A stretch of 64,000 nucleotides of DNA from Armatimonadota bacterium (GCA_039680575.1 JBDKSP010000050.1:1-64000); one strand, 5' to 3'; positions 30,473-40,269 are shown, numbered from the stretch's first letter. Program-made: numbers and translations. Notes: a model not told the origin generated them from the letters alone.

Positions 30473-31040
30473 CGACTATAGCCCTCAGCTCTGCAACCGC
30501 ATTCTCGACAAGATCGTTTTCCACCAGATATTCGTAGTGTGGAATCTGTTCCAGTTCGTACCGGGCATTTTGGAGACGCTTTATTATCGCCTCTTCTGAG
30601 TCGGTCGATCTCGCTCGCAGCCGTCTTTCGAGTTCTTCCATGCTCGGCGGCACAAGAAACACCATCACAGCCTCGGGAATCTGCTGCTTGACCGCGATCC
30701 CGCCCTGTACATCGATCTTGAGCAGGCAGTCCTGTCCGGCTGAGATTCTTTCAACGACCCAGGGCTTCGGTGTGCCGTAGAGGTTACCATGCACCTCCGC
30801 GTACTCCAGAAACTCGCCCAGATCGATCATCCGGCGGAACTCCTGCTCGGTAACGAAACTATAGTCCAGACCGTGCTGCTCACTCACTCTTGGCTGACGT
30901 GTAGTAATGGTTACGCAGCGCGTCACCTCGGGGCATGTTTTAGCGAACTCATCCAGCACGGTATCTTTGCCAACGCCGGATGGTCCTGATACAACTATGG
31001 CAAGACCGGCCCTTCGCCGGTAATTATCCCAAATCTGCAT
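30438..31040 (-). CDS. gmk: Guanylate kinase
   Basis: SGPSGVGKDT, TTRQPR..E..GLDYSF, YGTP, IDVQG; start uncertain (31040 or 31064). Confidence 0.95.
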   Translation of the reverse strand: MQIWDNYRRRAGLAIVVSGPSGVGKDTVLDEFAKTCPEVTRCVTITTRQPRVSEQHGLDYSFVTEQEFRRMIDLGEFLEYAEVHGNLYGTPKPWVVERISAGQDCLLKIDVQGGIAVKQQIPEAVMVFLVPPSMEELERRLRARSTDSEEAIIKRLQNARYELEQIPHYEYLVENDLVENAVAELRAIVVAEHRRIVSPH

Positions 31041-31302
31041 TATCTGCTTCGGGGGTCGGAACAAGCGACGCCATTCGTTTTGCCAGCGTTTCCTGTCCCA
31101 GCGCGGATATTATAACCTGTCCATTGTCCATGAACAAAACGCTTTTCGTCCTGCGTCCCTGGGTTGCGTCGATTAACTGGCCTTGTTTCCGGGCTTCCTG
31201 GATCACACGCTTCACCGGTGCCGATACGCTCGAGAGGATAGCGATGATCCTTTCTCTAACGACGAAGTTTCCGAACCCTATACTCATGGCGGTTGTTGTC
31301 AA
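31024..31302 (-). CDS. remA: DUF370 / RemA family protein
   Basis: IGFGNFV..RIIAI..SAPVKR..LIDATQGRRTKSV; TTG start with GGAGG RBS; usual position upstream of gmk. Confidence 0.88.
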   Translation of the reverse strand: MTTTAMSIGFGNFVVRERIIAILSSVSAPVKRVIQEARKQGQLIDATQGRRTKSVLFMDNGQVIISALGQETLAKRMASLVPTPEADNADLG

Positions 31303-31428
31303 TAGTAATCCTCCGCGCCTGCGGCGGTTTGTTCACCGCCTTGGTCACACTAACAGGTTTCATGCGTGACTCACGCCTGAAACTCTCTGAGAGATTTTTG
31401 GTTTGTAATACAACCCGAAATTCAGTAA

Positions 31429-31457
31429 ATTATAGCACCGCTGGCTGTCCCGGTCAA
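31429..31457 (-). promoter_or_regulatory. Sigma70-type promoter of the remA-gmk-coaBC-metK-priA-def operon
   Basis: Minus strand TTGACC-N17-TATAAT with an extended TG. Confidence 0.7.
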
Positions 31458-31625
31458 ACTTTTGGACTCGTTTCTCGACTTGGGGCATAATGTGTGTTAA
31501 AATTTATTTGTACGAAAAATCACAATCTACCATAAAGATTCAGTTTCTAGCAGAAGCGGCCTGTGGGAAACTATATGTAGAGCTTGTTACCGTGTTACAT
31601 ACGGTTTAGATTAAGGAACAAACGG

Positions 31626-33017
31626 ATGGTTAGCCGGAGAATAGTCAAGGACACGGGGTTCATAGACGAAGAAGAGATTCTGGATTCACTGGAGCAAGCA
31701 AAAACCGCCCACAAAGAGCATGCGCTCGATATCGTCGAAAAGTCGAAGTCCTTTGCGGGACTATCGCTCGATGAGCTTGCAGTGCTGCTTACGAATAACG
31801 ACTCGGAGGTGCGGGATGCTGTCTTTGAGGCCGCCAATTCGGTCAAAGAACGCGTTTTTGGGTCGAGAATAGTTTTCTTCGCACCGCTTTACGTTTCCAA
31901 TGCCTGCGCAAACAACTGTCTTTACTGCAGCTTCAGAAAAGACAACAAAGACCTCGTACGCAAAGTTTTGACCGAAGAGGAGATCGAGAATGAGACGAAA
32001 ACCATTCTCGGTCAGGGGCACAAACGAATCCTGCTCGTCGTCGGAGAGAATCCAAGGTTAACCGGCATAGAATACATCGAAAAGGCTGTCGCAGCCATTT
32101 ACCGGACTCGTTCCGGTAAATCTTCCATACGAAGAGTCAGCGTCAACTGCGCCCCGTTATCAGATGATGAGTTCAGAAGGCTAAAAGCCGCCAAAATCGG
32201 CACTTACCAGATTTCCCAGGAGACATATCACAGAGAAACCTATAAGCGGATGCATCCGTCCGGTCCCAAGAGGTTCTATAACTGGCGTATCGAAGCGCCG
32301 GACAGGGCGATGGATGCTGGACTCGACAATGTAGGCATCGGCCCGCTCTTCGGGCTTTTCGACTGGAAGTTCGAGGTGATGGCTACGCTCATGCACGCGC
32401 AGCATCTGGACTCCAAGTTCGGAATCGGTCCGCACAGTATTTCGATTTCGAGACTGGCGCTTGAATCGAACGCTCCCGCTGCCGAAAACCCGCCGTTTAC
32501 CCTTACGTGCGAAGACATGAAGCGTATAGCGGCGCTCCTCAGGCTGGCTGTGCCGTATACTGAGATTATTCTTTCGACTCGTGAGCAGCCGGAACTTAGA
32601 AACCGGTTGTATGAACTCGGAGTCTCACAGACAAACGCCAGTGGCGGATACGCGGAAGCCTATCATCCAGAAACGGAGCAGTTTTCAATCAACGACATGA
32701 GAAATTTGGCCGAAATGTCCCGACAGATGTGCCATGAAGGTCATATTCCGAGCTTCTGTACAGCCTGCTGCCGTACCCGCAGGACCAGCGGGAGGTTCAT
32801 GAAGCTCGCAAAGCGCGGCGATATCCACAAGGTATGCGAGCCTGACGCGCTGATTTCGTTCAAAGAGTATCTTATCGACTACGCCGACCCGGCCACACGC
32901 GCCGAAGGTGAAAAGACCATTGCAGAACGGCTCGAAAAGCTGGAGCCTGCTATCAAGGAGAGGACCAGGACACTCCTTGCCGAGGTTGAATCCGGCAAGC
33001 GGGATGTGTATGTGTGA
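31626..33017 (+). CDS. hydG: [FeFe]-hydrogenase H-cluster radical SAM maturase HydG-like
   Basis: FFAPLYVSNACANNCLYC, QETYH, GPH, STRE, C-terminal CTAC-X22-C and GKRDVY. Confidence 0.85.
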   Translation: MVSRRIVKDTGFIDEEEILDSLEQAKTAHKEHALDIVEKSKSFAGLSLDELAVLLTNNDSEVRDAVFEAANSVKERVFGSRIVFFAPLYVSNACANNCLYCSFRKDNKDLVRKVLTEEEIENETKTILGQGHKRILLVVGENPRLTGIEYIEKAVAAIYRTRSGKSSIRRVSVNCAPLSDDEFRRLKAAKIGTYQISQETYHRETYKRMHPSGPKRFYNWRIEAPDRAMDAGLDNVGIGPLFGLFDWKFEVMATLMHAQHLDSKFGIGPHSISISRLALESNAPAAENPPFTLTCEDMKRIAALLRLAVPYTEIILSTREQPELRNRLYELGVSQTNASGGYAEAYHPETEQFSINDMRNLAEMSRQMCHEGHIPSFCTACCRTRRTSGRFMKLAKRGDIHKVCEPDALISFKEYLIDYADPATRAEGEKTIAERLEKLEPAIKERTRTLLAEVESGKRDVYV

Positions 33018-33018
33018 G

Positions 33019-33195
33019 AGGATTGAGGATTTAGGGATGGGGTTGGTGGAGAGTCGACAGGCAGGTTTCGGGACAAAGGTGTCTGCTCGCCTACGGCGGA
33101 CACTTCGGCAGCAATCAGTCCGAAGCAAACTGGTGGATAACATTGCTTCTCCCAGTGGTCCAGTAGATCCACGGGGTTGGACGAACTGCGAAGCA
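33019..33195. repeat. Composite intergenic element (TGCTTC..GAAGCA module)
   Basis: 33144-33195 matches the reverse complement of 20631-20688; the GGTTGGTGGAG flank is related to 20606-20618. Confidence 0.75.
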
Positions 33196-33225
33196 TAGGA
33201 AAATTAAGATAAAACGATAGTTTGT

Positions 33226-33259
33226 AATGCCTCGCACGAGTAGTTTATGCCGAGGCATT
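33226..33259. terminator. Hairpin between convergent hydG and sialidase genes
   Basis: AATGCCTCG..CGAGGCATT inverted repeat. Confidence 0.45.
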
Positions 33260-33301
33260 TATCGCAATAGACTGCTTGTTGGGCGATGATTCCAGCTGAC
33301 T

Positions 33302-34378
33302 CTACTCTTCAATCATATCTTTGCCGTCTGTCAACCACTCGACGTTGAAGCGTGCAAGAGTCAACCGCTCACAAGGGTAGATTTCGCCGTTTTCATATAT
33401 ACAGCAAATGGTCATGTCGGGAGCGATAGCTATGTCGGAATAAGAGGACGGCCCGGAGTAAAGAGTCTTTGCGACAGGCCATGTCCTGCACTCATCATAG
33501 CTCATCCTGACCGTCATATTCACCCTTACACCGTTTGCAGGGTTGGAAAACAGAACCCGGTTCCGGCCGTGCCTTGTTCTGCTCGTAAATCTGGCAAGGC
33601 CGGCCTGGCATACCGGTTCTATCAGCGTTTCATCTCTGGCAACCTCACAGAAGGTCTCTCCGCCGTCATGGCTCCATGCATAAGCCCGTTTCTGCGGCGG
33701 TTCTCCAGAGTTTCTGCAGTTGATGTATACTGCTCCGTCTTCCGTTTCGACTACAGCCGATTCGTTGGTGCCTTCATCCACTATACCGCCGATCCTCCAG
33801 TTTTTGCCATGGTCGTCGCTCAGCATTACGTGTGAATGGTAGCGAGGAGTGCTTCCAACAACATGATCACACGGGATAACCAACCGACCGTCTCTCAGTT
33901 GGATGCCGTGGCATGGTCCGGTAGCATACCATGTCCAGTCAGGTAGTTTGGTTTGCCCGGTTATCTCTATTGGTCGGCTCCAGGTAAGGCCGTCATCTGT
34001 GGATTTGGTAATCCAGACGGTACGCGGCGCCTCGCCCCGGAGTATCATCTCTTCCGGCCCGTCTGCGAGGTTTTTACAGAATGGAAGCCAGACTGTGCCG
34101 TTGCTTGCATCCACTACAGGGCACGGGTTGCCGCAAGTCATATCTTTTTCTGATGCAACAGTCTGGAATTTGCTCCAGGTTTTGCCTCCATCAGTGCTGC
34201 GTCTGAGCAGAATGTCTATTTTTCCGAAATCATCGGCGCCATGCTTCCTGCCTTCACAAAAAGCAAGCGTCGTCCCATTGGCGGTTATGATAATGACTGG
34301 AATTCTGTATGTGTTGTAGCCTCCCTCGCTGTTTACGAACAAGTCGAACTGCTCGATTTTGATGTTTGAACCGGTCAT
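33302..34378 (-). CDS. GH33 sialidase family protein, no signal peptide
   Basis: YRIP motif; Asp boxes STDGGKTW, STDDGLTW, SDDHGKNW, SHDGGETF, SYDECRTW; terminal SYS..YE. Confidence 0.9.
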   Translation of the reverse strand: MTGSNIKIEQFDLFVNSEGGYNTYRIPVIIITANGTTLAFCEGRKHGADDFGKIDILLRRSTDGGKTWSKFQTVASEKDMTCGNPCPVVDASNGTVWLPFCKNLADGPEEMILRGEAPRTVWITKSTDDGLTWSRPIEITGQTKLPDWTWYATGPCHGIQLRDGRLVIPCDHVVGSTPRYHSHVMLSDDHGKNWRIGGIVDEGTNESAVVETEDGAVYINCRNSGEPPQKRAYAWSHDGGETFCEVARDETLIEPVCQAGLARFTSRTRHGRNRVLFSNPANGVRVNMTVRMSYDECRTWPVAKTLYSGPSSYSDIAIAPDMTICCIYENGEIYPCERLTLARFNVEWLTDGKDMIEE

Positions 34379-34391
34379 CTGTTTCTCCTGT

Positions 34392-35291
34392 TCAGCGTAA
34401 TCTGGCGGCAGTCAATTCGTTTATTTGGGCCTTCTGCCGGTCATCAAGAGGCTGCAGCGGTGAGACGGGTTTCCCCGAACCTATGCCCAGGCTTGCGACG
34501 GCGTACTTCACGCCCGCGATCCAGCAAGCTCCTGCAAGGGGAAGTCTTTGCCGGAGATAGTCTATTCTCTGCTGTAGTTGCCTGATCTCATCCCGGTTTC
34601 CCTGTATACCGGCCTTGTAAGCTTTGATAAATGTCTCGGGCTCGTAGTTGGCGCACACAGGCACAACCCCGCAAGCTCCCATAAGCAGCCCTTCCGAGAT
34701 GCCTGCCTCATCGCCCATGAATGCTTTCAGTCCGGCCTCTTTTCCCTGTTCGAGCAGCCGCCGGAAGTAATCGAGATTGCCGGAACTCTCTTTGCAATAC
34801 CGTATCCAGCCCCGCTTTGCCATCTCACACATCGTAGCTACAGCTATTTCTGATCCTGTGCATGATGGAATGTTATAAGCAATAAGCTCGGAATCTCCGC
34901 ATGCTTCTTTAGCTGCTCCGAAAAGCCGTAAATGTTCATCCGGCGCTTTGATGGATGTATAAAAAGTAGGAGCGACCACTATGTTGTGGTAACCCGCTCC
35001 CTTCAGTTGCCGTATTTTGCCCAAGACTCTTTCTGTTGAAGTATCAATAGCCCCTCCAAGAAGGTAAGTATCCTCTCCCGCTTCATCGATAGCTGTTTCT
35101 ATCATTCTGTCCCACTGGTCTGCGGTGAGAAGAGGTCCCTCTCCGGCTGAACCTCCTACGAACATACCGTCTACACCTGCATCAAGCACGTAGCGTATTA
35201 CCTGTCTGAATGCCGGTTCATCCACCCGGTCTCTGTCATCTACAGGCGTTATTACCGGAACAATTACACCTTTGAGCTTAATCTGCATCAT
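34392..35291 (-). CDS. DHDPS / N-acetylneuraminate lyase family class I aldolase
   Basis: KGVIVPVITP, GSAGEG, YNIP, Schiff-base KESSG; start moved to the ATG at 35291 with AGGAG RBS. Confidence 0.88.
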   Translation of the reverse strand: MMQIKLKGVIVPVITPVDDRDRVDEPAFRQVIRYVLDAGVDGMFVGGSAGEGPLLTADQWDRMIETAIDEAGEDTYLLGGAIDTSTERVLGKIRQLKGAGYHNIVVAPTFYTSIKAPDEHLRLFGAAKEACGDSELIAYNIPSCTGSEIAVATMCEMAKRGWIRYCKESSGNLDYFRRLLEQGKEAGLKAFMGDEAGISEGLLMGACGVVPVCANYEPETFIKAYKAGIQGNRDEIRQLQQRIDYLRQRLPLAGACWIAGVKYAVASLGIGSGKPVSPLQPLDDRQKAQINELTAARLR

Positions 35292-35487
35292 CTCTGCTCT
35301 CCTGCCATTGATGCTGCATTCTATCATTTTATGGCATGCAAAGGAATAGCCTGAGAATTCCTTGCTACCTCCACAAATCCTATTCTCGACGTTGAAGCAC
35401 GTTGTATGGTAGAATTTGATCGCACAAAAATCCACAATCTGCCGTGAGGACTTGGTTTTCATCGGAAGCAGCCTGAATATGTGCGAT

Positions 35488-36534
35488 ATGAATTTGGATA
35501 ATCTGCTCAAAAAATGCATAGAGTCCGGCGATCTTAGCCGTGAAGAGATCGTTTTTTTGTTGTCGCTTAAGGATGAGGCTGATGTTGCGCGGCTGATTGC
35601 AGCCGCCGACGAGGTCAGAAAGCGGTACTGCGGCGATGAAGTCCACATTCGTGGGCTGATCGAGTTCTCAAATATATGTAAAAACGACTGCCTCTACTGC
35701 GGGCTAAGGAGATCGAACAAGTCGGTCAACCGCTACAGGATGACCCCGGACGAAATAGTCGAAATGGCTGTAAAGCTCGCGGACAAGAAGATTCAAACCA
35801 TCGTCCTTCAGTCCGGCGAAGACTTAAAATTTACGAGGGAAGTCGTGGCAGACATTGTCCGCCGGATAAAGTTCGTCACGGATATAGCAGTGACTTTATG
35901 CCTCGGTGAGCGGCCGTTCGAGGACTACGCGCTCTGGAAAGAGGCTGGTGCAGACCGCTATCTGCTCCGCCACGAGACATCCAACCCGGAGCTTTTCAGA
36001 AAAATGCACCCGGATTCAACACTGGAGGCGCGGCTCGGCTGCCTTCGTGAGCTAAAGCGGCTTGGGTACCAGATCGGAGCGGGCTGCATGGTCGGGCTTC
36101 CCGGGCAGACAGTCGAAGATATGGCGAATGATATTCTGCTTTTCAAAGAACTGGATGTCGATATGGCCGGAATCGGGCCGTTTATCCCTCATCCCGATAC
36201 ACCGCTTGGCGATGCCGCTCAGGGTTCCCTTGAGATGACGCTCAAGATGGTTGCGCTCGCCAGAATCGTAACCAGAAATGCGCTCCTACCTGCAACTACG
36301 GCTGCCGGGTCGGTAGATGAGTTCGGCAGGGAAAAGGCGCTCCAAGCCGGGGCAAATGTAGTGATGCCGAACCACACTCCGCTTGTCTACCGCGTGGACT
36401 ACGAAATCTATCCGAACAAGCGATGCATCACGGAAGACCCGGAAAAATGCGGCGCATGCCTGACTGCAAGAATCCTCTCCGTAGGCCGGACCGTAGCGAC
36501 CGGCAAAGGACATTCGCTTAAGAGAAGAATCTAG
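35488..36534 (+). CDS. hydE: [FeFe]-hydrogenase H-cluster radical SAM maturase HydE
   Basis: RGLIEFSNICKNDCLYC, LQSGE, YLLRHET, MVGLPGQT, GPFIPHPDTPL, GANVVMPN and YEIY (YxxY). Confidence 0.9.
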   Translation: MNLDNLLKKCIESGDLSREEIVFLLSLKDEADVARLIAAADEVRKRYCGDEVHIRGLIEFSNICKNDCLYCGLRRSNKSVNRYRMTPDEIVEMAVKLADKKIQTIVLQSGEDLKFTREVVADIVRRIKFVTDIAVTLCLGERPFEDYALWKEAGADRYLLRHETSNPELFRKMHPDSTLEARLGCLRELKRLGYQIGAGCMVGLPGQTVEDMANDILLFKELDVDMAGIGPFIPHPDTPLGDAAQGSLEMTLKMVALARIVTRNALLPATTAAGSVDEFGREKALQAGANVVMPNHTPLVYRVDYEIYPNKRCITEDPEKCGACLTARILSVGRTVATGKGHSLKRRI

Positions 36535-36535
36535 A

Positions 36536-36855
36536 GATGATTGGTGGACAATTCACTTACTCGGGCTGTATTTGCAATGCAGCTCGGACTGGCCGGATAG
36601 GGATCTCTAAGTAGTCTCCGTTTCTAGTAGCAGCTATGGTAGAGTCCGGCTCTTGCAGAGCCGATGGCCGGCACGGAGACCGGCCACTACGTCAAGCTGG
36701 CCTGCTATTAAGACAGGATGTTACTTAGATCCCGGTCAATCAACCATAATCAATCTCCCGGCATCACAGATGCCTGACTTGCCACTTCGGGAGAGATTGC
36801 AAATCCCTCCCGAGCATGGTTCTTTTTTACTGATAGCTGACGGCTGAAAGCTGAT
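36536..36855. repeat. Hairpin-rich intergenic region with a GTAG-type REP and GATTGCAAATC hairpins
   Basis: GTAG..GGCCGGCACGGAGACCGGCCACTAC at 36639-36690; hairpins at 36562-36586 and 36787-36813; CTGAnnG heptamers at 36830-36854. Confidence 0.65.
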
Positions 36856-36864
36856 TGTTAAAAA

Positions 36865-37737
36865 CTATTCCGCACTTCTTTCTCCTGCCGCCCAGCCGGT
36901 AATTCGGGCGTTCTGCTGCCCCTCTATCATCGTCCAGCGGACCGCCGAGATACCGACCATCGTGCGTGCATACAGACTGAGGAATGTCTCGAACAGTTGC
37001 CGGGCACGTTGTTGATCGGGATAGCTAACCTCTACAGGATTCGGAAGCTCCTGAGCCAACTCCAGGGCAGCCTGCGAGATGCCTTGTGCCTCATTGAGCA
37101 GAGTTGTAGACCGCATTCCGGGTTTCAGCATGCTCCATATCCGGCGCAGGAACGACGGCCACTCGGCCAGCGCTTGAAAATCATCCGGGATGACCGGTAT
37201 TCCCATCACATCCGAAATATCGTAATAATCCTCTTTTACACCGTTCGAAGCCTGCTCGAACATGACCTGTGGTATTTTATTCGGATACTCCGGCTCTTCC
37301 TTCGTGATCCGCGTTGCCCTGTATCGATTAATACCGGATGTCTTGATTCCCGTCACCGAGACCGTGAGCGCTGCTGTTGCCAGCAGCAGCTTGGGGTTTA
37401 GATAGTGCAGCACTTCGAGGACGTAAAGAATGCGTCTGATATCTTCCCTGGTGAATCTGTGGTCATGAAGCCATGTATATAGATCGTCGAGATCGAATGT
37501 CAGTCCGGCGAGCGTGTCTGCCCGCTGTCTTATGCGGCTTGCAAGATCGACGAATGCTTGTGTTGTTACATCAGGTTGAAGCTGCGGCCAGACTGCCTCC
37601 AGTAATCCTGGCTGTTTTGCCAATGCCCTGAATATGGAGCCGACAAAGGGTGAACCGAAATCACGTTGGATTTCTCCATATAGGGTCTTTAACTGCCCAT
37701 GCGCCTGTCCTTCCTCTAGTGTTTCTATGCGCCGCAT
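36865..37737 (-). CDS. DehI-like halocarboxylic acid dehalogenase family protein
   Basis: Two internal repeats (LYGEIQRDFGSPFVGSIFRALA..W..L.P and YYDISDVMGIPVIPDDFQALA.WP..W..LKP) and HYLNPKLLL. Confidence 0.6.
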   Translation of the reverse strand: MRRIETLEEGQAHGQLKTLYGEIQRDFGSPFVGSIFRALAKQPGLLEAVWPQLQPDVTTQAFVDLASRIRQRADTLAGLTFDLDDLYTWLHDHRFTREDIRRILYVLEVLHYLNPKLLLATAALTVSVTGIKTSGINRYRATRITKEEPEYPNKIPQVMFEQASNGVKEDYYDISDVMGIPVIPDDFQALAEWPSFLRRIWSMLKPGMRSTTLLNEAQGISQAALELAQELPNPVEVSYPDQQRARQLFETFLSLYARTMVGISAVRWTMIEGQQNARITGWAAGERSAE

Positions 37738-37806
37738 CTCGAACCCCTCCAAATCCAGCGCAACCCACTTTCTTTTCCCCTGCCGGACCGGCGTTCAAAC
37801 GGAGAA

Positions 37807-40269
37807 TTACCATGTATCGGGCAGTGTTTCGATTAGCGATACCGGAGGTCTGGGATTAATGTCCATTTCTATCACTACCTTAGTCCCCAAAGGTCCGGTG
37901 TTCAGAAAAACATGGTCAGCTATGCTGAGGATAATCGCATAACCCATACCGAGCGACTTGGTGGTGGAATAACCCCGCTCCAGGGTCACGAGCGGAAGGA
38001 CCAGTGCATCCATCCCGTGGCCGTGGTCACTGACCCGTGCCAGGATTCTATCGTCCCGGTGAATCAGCGCTACCTCTCCGCCACCGGCATGTTTCAGTGC
38101 GTTGGTTGCTGCCTCTCCTACGCAGAGAGCGAAATTTCCCGCTCTCGATTCAGGCATGCCGTAAGCTATTGCTTTGTTCCTCGCTTCTATGCGTATGGTT
38201 TCCAGATCTGCGGGTACTCGGAGCGGATAAGTTTTGGTAACGTACCGGTCAAGCTCCGAGATCTCATAGGGCTCGGATATGATGAGTTTTCCGCCCGTGG
38301 CTGACAGGATGGTCTGCCGGTAGAATTGCCTTTGCTGGTTTTCGAGTTCCAGATGTCTTTCCTCAGCTCTTATCCGTTCGGTGATGTCGATGAACAGCCC
38401 AATGATCGCCGGCTTTCCTCTGTATGCTGCAAGAGTACCGATTACCTCTCCGTCTACAGTCGTACCGTCCTTCCGTAGCCATTTTAGTGTGTAGTGGACG
38501 CTTTCTATCTCTCCTGCCATACGGCGGCGTATGTTCTCAGCGGCTGTGGCCCGGTCTTCTGGCGCGACAATATCCACCGGAGATACTTTATCGACAAGTT
38601 CCTCTCGTGTGTAGCCAAGCATTTCGGCAAAGCGAGGGTTTAAATAGACGAATTTTCCGTCCTGGATGATGTATACTCCGACCAGTGATTCCTCCGCCAG
38701 TATCCGGTATTTAGCTTCGGCTTCTTTCAGCTCCTCTTCGGCATGTTTACGGTCGGTCATATCCACTACATAGCCATGATAGTGAGTAATATTCCCGCTG
38801 GAATCTCTAACTACCATTGTAAAGTCGTGTATCCACCGGTATTCGCCATCTGAGCGAAGGATCCGGTATTCCTGCTCGAAGTAGGGTACGCCGGATCTAC
38901 TGTGGGACATCACTTCCATTGCTACTCGAAACAGGTCATCGGGGTGAATCAGCGATGAATAACTGATTATACCGCTGGTTAGGTCTTCCGGGGTGTAGCC
39001 GAACTGGCTCTTGACGTTCGGCGAGATGTATTCCACCGGCCAACCTTCCTCATTTCTCCACTTGAAAACCACAGTCGGTCCGGCGACAAAGAGATTCCGT
39101 TCTTCCTCGAGCGCTTCTTCAGCGCGTTTACGCTCTGTAATGTCGAGAACAGAACCGAGGATTGCAGGTTTTTCCATATATACGGCACGTGATCCTATGA
39201 CCTCCATGTCGAATGTGGAGCCATCTTTACGAACTGATTTAAGAATATAGTGGATACTTTTCACTTCTCCTGTCAAGCGCCGGCGTAGATTTTCCTCGAC
39301 CATGTTTCGGCTTTCAGGAGCGGTAATATCCAGTGGAGACATCTTACCGATGAGTTCTTCGCGTGTGTAGCCGGTCATTTCAGCAAAGCGGGGGTTCACA
39401 TAGACGAATTTCCTGTCCTGTATGATGTATACTCCAAGCAGTGACTCTTCTGCCAGTATCTGGTATTTGGCTTCCGTTTCTTCGCGCTCTTTTTCGGCAT
39501 GTTTGCGGTCGGTTATGTCTGTGAGCATCGCAAGCGATCCCGCAAATTTACCCGAATCGTCGAATATTGGTGTTGTAGAGATCAGTGTCCACAGTTCAGA
39601 GCCGTCTTTGCGGCGGAAACGGAAATCGAATATCTCTGCGATACCCTGTTTGCGCCGTTCATAGTGGATATTTGCGTTTTCCAGGTCGTCTTCATACATG
39701 AAATCAAAAACAGGGCGGCCCATCAATTCCTGTATCGTGCAGCCAAGCATTTCAGCCACACGTTTGTTTAGGAAGGTGGTATTCCATTCCGAATCCAGCA
39801 GCCACACGCCTTCAAGTGCAGTCTCGATTAGCTGTCTGTGTAAACGCTCGCTTTGCCTGAGTTCGTTGTCCGCCTGCAAGTGCTCTTTTCGGCGTATTGC
39901 CTCCCTTACCACTCGTTGAACGGCAGGGACCAATTGCGCCAAGTTATCTCTGTTTACATAGTCATCCGCGCCTGATTTCAACGCTTCCGCGACGGCATTT
40001 TCCCCGATTTTGCCGGATATCAGGATGAACGGCTGAAGGGAACCTTTCTCTCTCAGGAGTCTCAGCGCTTCCAGTCCATTGAAGCGCGGCATCGAGTAAC
40101 CGGTAATGATTACATCCCAGATTTTACTGGTAAGCGCAACGGTCATTGCCTCAGGCGTATCCACGCGCTCGAATACCACGTCATAACCTCCGCGTTCCAG
40201 TTCGCGCACTATCCGCAGGGTTTCTTCTTCCGAGTCTTCAATAATCAGGAGGCGCAGTGTAGTATTCAT
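37807..40269 (-). CDS. REC + four PAS domains + RsbT/RsbW-type anti-sigma kinase domain
   Basis: N-terminal receiver fold; four PAS/PAC units ending DIT.RK/RI; EAATNALKHA, DHGHG and GYSTTKSLGMG; no HisKA H-box. Confidence 0.82.
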   Translation of the reverse strand: MNTTLRLLIIEDSEEETLRIVRELERGGYDVVFERVDTPEAMTVALTSKIWDVIITGYSMPRFNGLEALRLLREKGSLQPFILISGKIGENAVAEALKSGADDYVNRDNLAQLVPAVQRVVREAIRRKEHLQADNELRQSERLHRQLIETALEGVWLLDSEWNTTFLNKRVAEMLGCTIQELMGRPVFDFMYEDDLENANIHYERRKQGIAEIFDFRFRRKDGSELWTLISTTPIFDDSGKFAGSLAMLTDITDRKHAEKEREETEAKYQILAEESLLGVYIIQDRKFVYVNPRFAEMTGYTREELIGKMSPLDITAPESRNMVEENLRRRLTGEVKSIHYILKSVRKDGSTFDMEVIGSRAVYMEKPAILGSVLDITERKRAEEALEEERNLFVAGPTVVFKWRNEEGWPVEYISPNVKSQFGYTPEDLTSGIISYSSLIHPDDLFRVAMEVMSHSRSGVPYFEQEYRILRSDGEYRWIHDFTMVVRDSSGNITHYHGYVVDMTDRKHAEEELKEAEAKYRILAEESLVGVYIIQDGKFVYLNPRFAEMLGYTREELVDKVSPVDIVAPEDRATAAENIRRRMAGEIESVHYTLKWLRKDGTTVDGEVIGTLAAYRGKPAIIGLFIDITERIRAEERHLELENQQRQFYRQTILSATGGKLIISEPYEISELDRYVTKTYPLRVPADLETIRIEARNKAIAYGMPESRAGNFALCVGEAATNALKHAGGGEVALIHRDDRILARVSDHGHGMDALVLPLVTLERGYSTTKSLGMGYAIILSIADHVFLNTGPLGTKVVIEMDINPRPPVSLIETLPDTW

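Noticed and set aside
35292..35648. 119-aa N-terminal extension of the aldolase in the ORF track
   Set aside because: Overlaps hydE on the other strand; an RBS and the family N-terminus point to the ATG at 35291
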